DNA of 64,000 nt, taken from contig NC_043006.1 in the NCBI RefSeq assembly GCF_006345805.1, forward strand, positions 81,840,001 to 81,904,000, read 5' to 3'. The position numbers and the translations under genes were made by a program. Positions 55,339 through 64,000 of the stretch are shown in pieces. Under the pieces are notes generated by a model. That model worked only from the letters and a program-made list of their open reading frames with translations. It was not told the DNA's origin and searched no databases. This DNA comes from Octopus sinensis. Its lineage: Eukaryota. Each line of letters starts with the position of its first letter. Positions within the stretch are counted from its first letter, which is position 1.

Positions 55339-55696
55339 TTTTCACACCTACACATACATACACACACACATCCAGACCACCAGCCCTCTTTCACACGCAC
55401 ATACATACTCTCTTATACACACACGCACCTTTGTGTTGGGGGTCATCTTTACTTTGTTATCTCCCCTACCTTCCTTCTCATGTGTGACCCTTTCTGTCCG
55501 AGTCAGACACCATGATAGATCGTTAGCCACTACACACATTTTTCTCTCTCCTTGTTTTTTCTGTGTCTCTTTCTGTAGAAGAGCGTAGGCTCGAAACGTA
55601 AAAGACTTTTTTCTATTCCTGAGCATTATACTAATATATCTGTTTGTTTTGTATACCACCTGTCTTCGTCTTTTGTTTTTTTTCGTAAACTCTCCC
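55339..55696 (+). mobile_element. Family F repeat (Penelope-like terminal region) ending at a TA tract, with a minimal hammerhead motif
   Basis: Homologous to 41010-41505(-) and 35383-35550(+); all three end ..gtaaactctccc|(TA)n. The PLE assignment is an inference. Confidence 0.6.
55565..55606 (+). ncRNA. Minimal hammerhead-like motif with variant core
   Basis: uuu CUGUAGA a GAGC guag GCUC GAAAC GUA aaagac. Confidence 0.45.
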
Positions 55697-55728
<32 letters not shown>

Positions 55729-56472
55729 TAGGCCAAAATGTTGTAAAGATCACAAAGTTTAGTAAAACAGCCACTGTAATTATTAATGGCTCAGGTACAC
55801 TCAAGTTCATTATGAATTATATAACAGGTCCATCACTAATTCATTACTTCCTATTGTCACTTCAAGAGTAACAATAGGATGTCAGTCTTGAAGTAGAATA
55901 ACATATTTCGTTTGCAATCACTGCTTTTATTCTATTTTTATGAAGACAATGTATATAGAAACCTTAAATGCTACAGCTGATATGGAGGTCCTTCTTACTG
56001 TGCATCTCTAAAAGTTTCATATCTTATTTTACCTTGCCTTTAGCCAGCCAAGCATGCAAATCCCTAATGACACACGTTTCATCATAAATGAATAGAGTAC
56101 CTTGCATAAAGAAGGGTTAATGAACTGTAAAAATAATGAATAAATAAACAGTTATTCTATTATTAATTAAACAATATAATCCAAGCTAGCAAACGTGGAA
56201 ACAATGGTTAACTCTTTTTTTCTTTTCTTTCTATATTTTGCTGGCTTTAGTCATCAGACCAGCTTTGGTGTTAGGGCACTACTTTCATTGGATTTAATTG
56301 AATATGTTTACTCCAACTGCCAAGATTTATTTCAGCTAGATACTTAATTCTACTGGTTTCTAATTACCAAATGGCTAAATAACATTCAGGCACAAAAAGT
56401 AGTAAACGTAATTGCTGTGTCTTCACACCAGCATCAACATAAATACTTCGGTCTATAGGTATCACAGTGTAA

Positions 56473-56705
56473 AGGCAGCGAGCTGGCAGAGTCGTTAGCA
56501 TGCCGGGTGAAATGAGTAGCTGTATTTCGTCTGCCATTACGTTCTGAGTTCAAATTCTGCCAAGGTCGACTTTGCCTTTCATCCTTTCAGGGTCGATAAA
56601 TTAAGTACCAGTTATGCACTGGGGTCGATATAATCAACTTAATCCGTTTGTCCTTGTTTGTCCCCTCTGTGTTTAGCCCCTTGTGGGTAGTAAAGAAATA
56701 GGTAT
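56473..56705 (+). mobile_element. SINE family B
   Basis: Full-length. Other copies at 7372-7600(+), 53338-53570(+), 62897-63117(+), 54605-54855(-), 33500-33695(-), 4130-4495(-, two in tandem) and 16920-17105(+). Confidence 0.85.
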
Positions 56706-56769
56706 CAAAGTGTATACACACACACAAACACGCACACAATTATCACCAAAACCACCACCACCACCACTA

Positions 56770-57207
56770 TCATCAACATCATCATTTAGTGTCTGCTTTC
56801 TATGCTGGTATGGGTTAGACAGTTTGACTAGGACTGGTAAGCTAGGGAGCCCTACCAGGCTCCAGTCTGTTTTGGCTTGGTTTCTGTGGCTGGATGCCCT
56901 TCTTAACACCAAACACTCCAAGAGTGTAGTGAGTGCCTTTGACACATCACTGGCATGAGTGCCTTTTATGTGTCACTGGGCCGGTGGCCTTTATGAGTCA
57001 CTGTCATTGGCCACAATTATGATTCGCTTGGTTTGATGTGTCTTCTCCAGCACAACAAATTACCAAAGGTCTCGACCATTTGTCATCGCCGGTGTGAAGT
57101 GAGATTCAGCATCTGAAGATCATGCTTTACCATCTTGTCCCATGTCTGCCTGGGTCTACCTTTTCCACAGGTTCCTTCCACAGTTAGAAATCAGCACTTC
57201 TTTACAT
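56770..57207 (-). mobile_element. RTE LINE 3' end (family C)
   Basis: VEGTCGKGRPRQTWDKMVKHDL followed by the UTR and a (GAT)n tail. Confidence 0.8.
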
Positions 57208-57210
57208 ATA

Positions 57211-57610
57211 GGCGCAGGAGTGGCTGTGAGGTAAGTAGCTTGCTTACCAACCACATGGTTCTGGGTTCAGTCCCACTGCATGGCACTTTGGGCAAGTGTC
57301 TTCTACTATAGCCTCAGGCCAACCAAAGCCTTGTGAGTGGATTTGGTAGACGGAAACTGAAAGAAGCCTGTCGTATATATGTATATATATATATGTATGT
57401 ATGTGTATATGTGTCTGTGTTTGTTCCCCCAACATCACTTGACAACCGATGCTGGTGTGTTTACGCCCCCGTAACTTAGCGATTCGGCAAAAGAGGCCGA
57501 TAGAATAAGTACTAGGCTTACAAAGAATAAGTCTTGGGGTCGATTTGCTCAACTAAAGGCGGTGCTCCAGCATGGTCACAGTCAAATGACTGAAACAAGT
57601 AAAAGAGTAC
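57211..57610 (+). mobile_element. SINE family A, adjoining an RTE fragment
   Basis: Full-length match to the family consensus. Confidence 0.85.
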
Positions 57611-57686
57611 ATGTATATCATGTGCATGTATATCACATGTAGCAGCAATAGCAACAACAACAGAAACCATATGTAAAATAAACCAA

Positions 57687-58164
57687 GGAGTAAGCCTCTA
57701 CATGGTCAGTCCATCTGTTAGAAATAACAGCAAATTCTCATTCAAATGACAAACATTTAAAAAAAAGGGGTTTAATTATTATTTTTTTTTTAAAGGAAGG
57801 ACACATTGAATATGATATCTGAAAATAAAAAATGGAATACTGTGGATCATATTTCTGCTCTGTTCAGGTTGACCTGGCGGCTAAACAATACCATACAACA
57901 GCAAGGTGCAAATGAGCCACGGAGTGAGCCTCTACATGGTCAATCTATCTGTTAGAAATAGCAGCTAAATCTCACTCAAGTCACAAACATATTTTAAAAA
58001 AGGGTTTATTTATTGTTTTTTTTTATCAAATTAGGGAGGACACATTGAATATGATAACTAAAAAATACAAAAAAAAAAAAGAAGCAGGATGGTCATATTT
58101 GGAATACTCCGTATCATATTTCTGCTCTGTCCAGGTTGACCTGGTGGCTAAACAATATCATACA
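57687..58164. repeat. Tandem duplication of a ~210-240 bp dispersed repeat
   Basis: Units 57687-57897 and 57921-58164 align end to end; related pieces occur at 4720-4880 and 45060-45100. Confidence 0.8.
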
Positions 58165-58251
58165 AATTATTATTCTGTCTGCATGTAATGAGGGTTTTTG
58201 TTTTCTTTCTTTTCAATGTATAAAGATGAAAGACGACAAGGTGTTACTTAC

Positions 58252-58304
58252 AAGGAATAGACAAGGAATGATGTGCCCCATATCATGGGTAATTCATCTA
58301 AAAG
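58252..58304 (-). CDS. ACER3: ACER3 exon (53 nt) LLDELPMIWGTSFLVYS(F)
   Basis: Acceptor ttctctatttcag, donor gtaagt; LDELPM motif with the conserved Asp; ends in phase 2. Confidence 0.93.
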
Positions 58305-58477
58305 CTGAAATAGAGAAAATAAAATGTGATAGAAATGTTATAAAAAGAAAAAAAATTAAACTACATTTTTTAGGATAAAGCAATATATTTCCACATATAA
58401 TGTAAAAATTAAAATAACAATGACAAAAGAAAAAGGCTGAGGCAAATTTGCAATTAAGATAATAATGGTAAATGCTA

Positions 58478-58900
58478 GGTGATGATGATGATGATGATGA
58501 TGATGGAAGTGGTGGTGGTAGATTTGGCAGTGATGAATGTGCTGGTAGTGTTGATGATGTGGTGATGATGATGATGATGATGATGATTATTGTGGTGGTG
58601 GTGGTAGGAACAATAGAAAAGATGAATGAGGATGATGAAAGGGATAGTGATGATGACAATGATGGTGATTATGATCTCAACATTGATGGGTCAGAATGTC
58701 GATCCAAAAAGGATAATGATGCAACAATTAAAACAATGATGATAACAGTAGCAGTGGTGAAAATGATGAATATGAAGATGATGGCGATGATGATGATGAT
58801 GATGGGGAGGTTGATGTTGATGGTAAAAGTGGTAGTGATGATAATGTTGATGGTGATTATGATGATGATGATGATGACAATGTCGACGATGGTAAAGTAA
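58478..58900. repeat. Cryptic (GAT/GGT)n simple repeat
   Basis: Direct reading. Confidence 0.85.
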
Positions 58901-59151
58901 TTATGGTAATGGCAGTGAAAACTGGATACCAGTGTATATCATCTTGGGGCACCTAAACTTCTGCCATCTGTGTAAACAAAATATTGAAAGTTTCTGGATC
59001 CTAAATAAATCCGCCTCCCTGCCATCCCAACGTCACCTCCCCGCCATCCCGTAACAACATTAGTCTAAAATAAATACAACTCAATCTGAAACACACAGCC
59101 GTTCACTAAACATGGTAGGTATCACCGTTTTATGAAGGGGATATACAGTAG

Positions 59152-59713
59152 GTGTAGGAGTGGCTGTGTGCTAAGTAGCTCACTTACCAACTACATGGTT
59201 CCAGGTTCAGTCCCACTGCATTGCACGTTGGGCAAGTGTCTTCTACTGTAGCCTCGGGCTGACCAAAGCCTTGTGAGTGGATTTGGTAGACGGAAACTGA
59301 AACAAGCCTGTCATATATATGTATCCCCGTGCTGGTGGCACGTAAAAAGCACCATCCGATCGTGGCCGTTTGCCAGCCTCGTCTGGCACCTGTGCAGGTG
59401 GCACGTAAAAAGCACCCACTACACTCACGGAGTGGTTGGCGTTAGGAAGGGCATCCAGCTGTAGAAACACTGCCAGATCAGACTGGGCCTGGCGCAGCCT
59501 TCTGGCTTCCCAGACCCCAGTTGAACCGTCCAACCCATGCTAGCATGGAAAACGGACGTTAAACGATGATGATGATGATGATGATGATGATATATATATA
59601 TATATATCATCATCATCATCATCATCATCATCATCGTTTAACGTCCGTATATATACATATATATATATATATATCATCATCATCATCATCATCATCATCA
59701 TCGTTTAACGTCC

Positions 59714-59752
<39 letters not shown>

Positions 59753-59900
59753 TGTATGCGTGTGTGTATGTGTTTGTGTGTCTGTGTTTGTCCCCCCCAA
59801 CATTGCTTGACAACCGATGCTGATGTGTTACATCTACGTAACTTAGCGGTTCAGCAAAAGAAACCGATAGAATAAGTACTAAGGCTTACAAAGAATAAGT
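59152..59900 (+). mobile_element. SINE family A interrupted in its TA tract by a family C copy
   Basis: A-left 59152-59320, family C 59327-59590, A-right 59760-59900. Confidence 0.8.
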
Positions 59901-60372
59901 CAATCATACCAACAATAGCATAAAATACTACATATGGGAGTGTGTGTATGTGCATGTGTGTGCACATACATATGTGTGTACACATGCCTATGTGTGCGTG
60001 TATATGTATGTAAGTGTGTAACTGTACCTACATTTGAGTTTAGGTTATGTTTACACTACACAACAACTGATGCTGTTTATGTTCCATAACTTAGTAGTGT
60101 GACAAACAGAGAGCAATAAAATATGAAGCTGACTTTAAAATCTAGAGAAACTAGTAGCAGTGTGCAGTAGCAAAAGTGATATGATAAAAGTTTATGGGTA
60201 CAAATGTGACAGTGAGGTTAAGAAGTTTACATCACAACCACATGGCTTTGGGTTTTAGTTCCAATGGGGGGGACACCCTGGCCCAGGGTCTTCTTCTGTA
60301 ACCTCTAGTGGATCAATTCACTTCTTCTGTAACCTCTAGTGGATCAATTAGGCTGACTGAAACTGTATGGGT

Positions 60373-60690
60373 GGAGGTGCAATAGCCCAGTGGTTAGGGT
60401 AGTGGACTCACAGTCGGAGGATCACGGTTTTGATTCCCAGACCCGGCGTTGTGTGTGTTTATTGAGCGAAAATACCTAAATCTTCACAAGGCTCCAGCAG
60501 GGGATGGTGGCAACCCCTGTTGTTCTCTTTCGCCACCAACTTTCTCTCACTCTTTCTTCCTGTTTCTTGAGTAACGCTGTGATGGACTGACGTCCCGTCA
60601 AGCTGGGGGGGAACACATACTCCACAGAAACCAGGAAACCAGGCCCATGAGCCTGGTAAGGCTTGAAAAGGGCACGTAAAGAGTAAAGAG
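60373..60690 (+). mobile_element. tRNA-headed SINE family D (tail type 1)
   Basis: GGAGGTGCAATAGCCCAGTGGTTAGG A box and GGTTTTGATTCC B box. Confidence 0.85.
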
Positions 60691-60813
60691 AAACTGTATG
60701 GAAGCCTGTCTCATATATGTATGTGTGCATGCATGCTTACATTTATATCACTTAACCTGTGTTATTTGTTTATACATTGGGACTTAGCAGTTCAAAAAGT
60801 AGTGGAAATCAAT

Positions 60814-61117
60814 ATTTATTTATTTATTTATTTATGCACCCTTTTCAAGCCTAGCCAGGCTCATGGGTCTGGTTTCCTGGTTCCTGTAGTGTATGTGTTC
60901 CCCCTAGCTGGACGGGACGCCAGTCCATCGCAGCATTACCTAAGAAACAGGAAGAAAGAGTGTGAGAAAGTTGGGGCAAAAGAGTACAACAGGGGTCGCT
61001 ACCACCCCCTGCTGGAGCCTCGTGGAGCTTTTAGGCGTTTTCGCTCAATAAACACACACAACGCCCTGTCTGGGAATCGAAACCGCAATCCTCCGACCGC
61101 CGGGCCATTGCACCTCC
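60814..61117 (-). mobile_element. SINE family D (tail type 1)
   Basis: Reverse complement of 60373-60690, with a deletion in the tRNA head and a (TAAA)n tail. Confidence 0.85.
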
Positions 61118-62070
61118 AGAAATCAATAAAATAAGCTTAAAAATAAATACTGGACTCAATGTGATCAACTAAACTCATCAGGGCAGTGCTCCAGCATAGC
61201 CACAGTTCAGTGAATGAAACCAGTAATAGAATAAAAGATTAGAAATAGAAAATTAAAAGATTGCAGCAAGAATGATCTCATATTTTGGATTCTTGTCCTT
61301 TATTGCAAAGAAAAAAATTTTCTTTTTCTATGTAAAGAAGGACAAATCTCTGAACCACTGGATTTTTCACTTCACATGGCAAACTAACTCACTTCAAATT
61401 TTATTGACAGTAGGATAATTTGAACACAGAAATGAAATGTATCAGATAAAATCACCATAAGACATCTAATCCAAGGAAGCTTTTAGATTTATCCAACTCC
61501 AAGACAATGAAAAATTAGTTCTCATTTGTATTCATGAATTGAGAATCTCAGGATAAGCAAGCGTAAGAAAAATAGATGAAAGAAAAGAAAAGAAAGAAAG
61601 AAAGGAAGAAGGAAAGAAAGAAAGAAAGAAATAGCGTTATTCCATCACAAAGGAATAATGCTACATCACAAAATAAAAATAAACATATATCAAATAACAG
61701 ATTTGGTAATAAGAAAATAAAAATTTGATGAATTCACAACTAAAATCCTAATTTAAATAATATTTGATATTATATGCATCAATTACAGTTAGAAATTAAT
61801 GATGCATGAAAAAAATGTGTGGAAATATATGAGGTGTGAAGTAGAGTGCTTCTTACTAGTCTTAGTCACTGCTGCATTGTAATCTAATATAGAAGAAAAA
61901 TGTAAACAAATAAAAGAGGAATTAACTTGATCAGTTTCTGTCCTAATTGGAACTTCATCAATGACCATGAACTAACTTAATCTGTTCAATAGACAAAAAT
62001 ATAGCTTACAGCTATTTATAGTTGCTACATATTATGACTTCTCTAAAAATGTTACTCTGATTTTGTTTAA

Positions 62071-62701
62071 CACTTTAGCATTTAAACCGACCATATCCGG
62101 CCAAAAGTATTCTACCTGTTTTATGTTCAAACTGACCAGATCTGGCCTCTCACACCAGCCCTACAATATCGTTTTAAAAATTAACAGCTACCTCATCAAA
62201 ATCTCATAGCATCAAGATAATGCATGATGAGTTCAAAACAAAGTGGATAAAAAAAAACATAGGCGCAGGAGTGGCTGTGTGGTAAGTAGCTTGTTTACCA
62301 ACCACATGGTTCTGGGTTCAGTCCCACTGCATGGCACCTTGGGCAAGTGTCTTCTACTATAGCCTCGGGCCAACCAAAGCCTTGTGAGTGGATTTGGTAG
62401 ATGGAAACTGAAAGAAGCCCGTCGTATATATGTATATATATATATATATATGCGTGTGTGTGTTTGTGTGTCTGTGTTTGTTCCCCTAGCATTGCTTGAC
62501 AACCGATGTCCCCGTCACTTAGCGGTTCGGCAAAAGAGACCGATAGAATAAGTACTGGGCTTACAAAAGAATAAGTCCTGGGGTCGAGTTGCTCGATTAA
62601 AGGCGGTGCTCCAGCATGGCCACAGTCAAATGACTGAAACAAGTAAAAGAGTAAAAGAGTAAGAGTATTAATTTTGGCAGAATAATGTGAACACTATAGA
62701 G
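62071..62701. mobile_element. Same piggyBac-like MITE family, split by a SINE insertion (62262-62665)
   Basis: TTAA|CACTTTAGCATTTAAACC at left; the right end resumes after the SINE as ttttggcagaataatgtgaacactatagag|ttaa. Confidence 0.6.
62262..62665 (+). mobile_element. SINE family A (young-looking)
   Basis: Near-consensus copy inserted inside the MITE. Confidence 0.85.
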
Positions 62702-64000
62702 TTAAAAGTATGCTCTTGATAGAGTGGATAGAGTTAGTTTTGGAGGCAATTTACTCAAAATGTGTGTTGTTGAGTTTCATGCAAAGCAAGTAGTGAATGT
62801 GGAAGGTTTTTCTACAAGAGTAATGCTTACAGAATCATCATGGTTGGGTAGAAGAAAGAAGGATTCTACAGAGTTAGCAGAAATTTTTTAAACAAAGGCA
62901 GCGAGCTGGCAGAAACGTTAGCACGTAGGGTGAAATGCTTAGCGGTACTTCGTCTGCTGTTATGTTCTGAGTTCAAATTCCACCGAGGTCGACTTTGCCT
63001 TTCATCTTTTCAGGGTTGATTAAATAAGTACCAGTTACGCACTGGGGTCGATATAATTGACTTAATCCATTTGTCCCCTCTATATCTAGCCCCTTGTGGG
63101 CAGTAAAGAAATAAGAAATCTTTTAAACAAGAGACTAAAAGGATTGTCTGTTGTTTAGGAGGTGGGATTATTAGAAGGCAGTATGATGCATGGAGACATC
63201 CTCCTCAGCTCAGATGATGGTTATGCAGGGTTGCAGTAATGGATAAAAGTGCTGTAGATGTGGGTGATTTAGTGCTGGGTAAGGGTGATGTAGGGATGGG
63301 TGATTTTCTCCAAATGTTATATCAAGTATGATCTGCTGTACTTGATAAGACATGTCAAGCAGAATAACATCGCTGTCTTCTACACATATAGGTTTGTCCT
63401 TTTGGGTGTTGGTGCCACTTAAGAAGCACCCATGCTGATACTGTGTTAGCACATCTGTGCCAGTGCTGCATCTACACATCCATGCTAGTGGCAGTGGTAA
63501 AAAGCACCCAGCATACTCTGTTAAGTGGTTGGTGTTAGGAAGGGCATCCAGCCATAAAAACCATGCTACAAAAAACAGGTGGAGTCTGAACATCTCCCTG
63601 CTAGCCAGTTCCATGTCAAACTGTCCAACCCATGCCAGCAAGGAAAGCGGACATTAAATGATGATGCTGTTGTGGGCCATGTCTTTTTCAGCCTGAACTG
63701 TAATCAATGCTTAGAACTCTGTGTTTGTTCCTTTATATAGTTCAAGCAACACACCCATAAAGGGAAATCAAATTATATTTCAAAATATCTAGCTATCTTG
63801 AACACAGAAAATATTTAACAAATGCTAGAGTGAAATAAATTCATACATTTATTCAAAACATCCTTACATATACTTGATTATGAATAGATCAATTATGTAG
63901 AAGCTTATCTAAGAAACAGATTACATCATCAAATCATCAGAGTGTGAATAATATATGAATCTCAGCTTTAAAAGAAAGGCTAAATACTGTAGACACAATG

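Noticed and set aside
56405-56445. Minus-strand WCED resembling ACER3 N-terminal DWCEENY
   Set aside because: It continues TAITF, lacks the motif context, and lies downstream of the LDELPM exon. The 5' exons were not found in 58305-64000.
58472-58900. 142-aa D/M/V-rich ORF, and the T/V-rich ORFs at 43279-43694
   Set aside because: Cryptic trinucleotide repeats with no splice or homology support.
60290-60349. 31-bp period tandem duplication
   Set aside because: Simple local slippage within a decayed SINE; no further structure.
60373-60450. tRNA-like sequences (also SINE A, B and G heads) as tRNA genes
   Set aside because: They have A/B boxes but no complete cloverleaf, and continue into SINE bodies.
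62625-62655. SINE A tail CAGTC-AAAT-GACT-GAAAC-AA-GTA-AAAGA resembling a hammerhead 3' half
   Set aside because: There is no CUGANGA upstream in any copy; probably coincidence.

Overview
This is AT-rich eukaryotic DNA saturated with microsatellites and transposable elements. The SINE/LINE repertoire and TA/CA/ATT microsatellites suggest an Octopus (coleoid cephalopod) genome; this is an inference. The only well-supported protein-coding gene is a minus-strand alkaline ceramidase 3 (ACER3) orthologue. Its 8 GT-AG exons (53, 82, 36, 56, 102, 102, 46 and 111 nt; 58304 down to the stop at 23147) splice into one open frame of 195 aa plus stop, containing LLDELPMIW, WNIDNNFC and the zinc-binding QLHAWWH motif. 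The first exons lie beyond 64000. Most ORFs in the supplied track are microsatellite or TE artefacts. The rest of the window is TE debris: four tRNA-headed SINE families, RTE, CR1/L2, Tx1/L1 and R4/Dong-type LINE fragments, an internally deleted mariner nested in a TTAA/piggyBac-like MITE, a hAT MITE and Helitron pieces, plus a ~1.9 kb (TA)n array directly behind the ACER3 stop. The most interesting unexplained signals are (i) several distinct hammerhead-ribozyme-like motifs in TA-tract-associated, Penelope/retrozyme-like repeats, one well formed and in sense with the ACER3 pre-mRNA, and (ii) many long fold-back inverted repeats that could form dsRNA. All structures were folded by eye; no searches were run. 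Exon and ribozyme coordinates were counted exactly, while TE boundaries are approximate.
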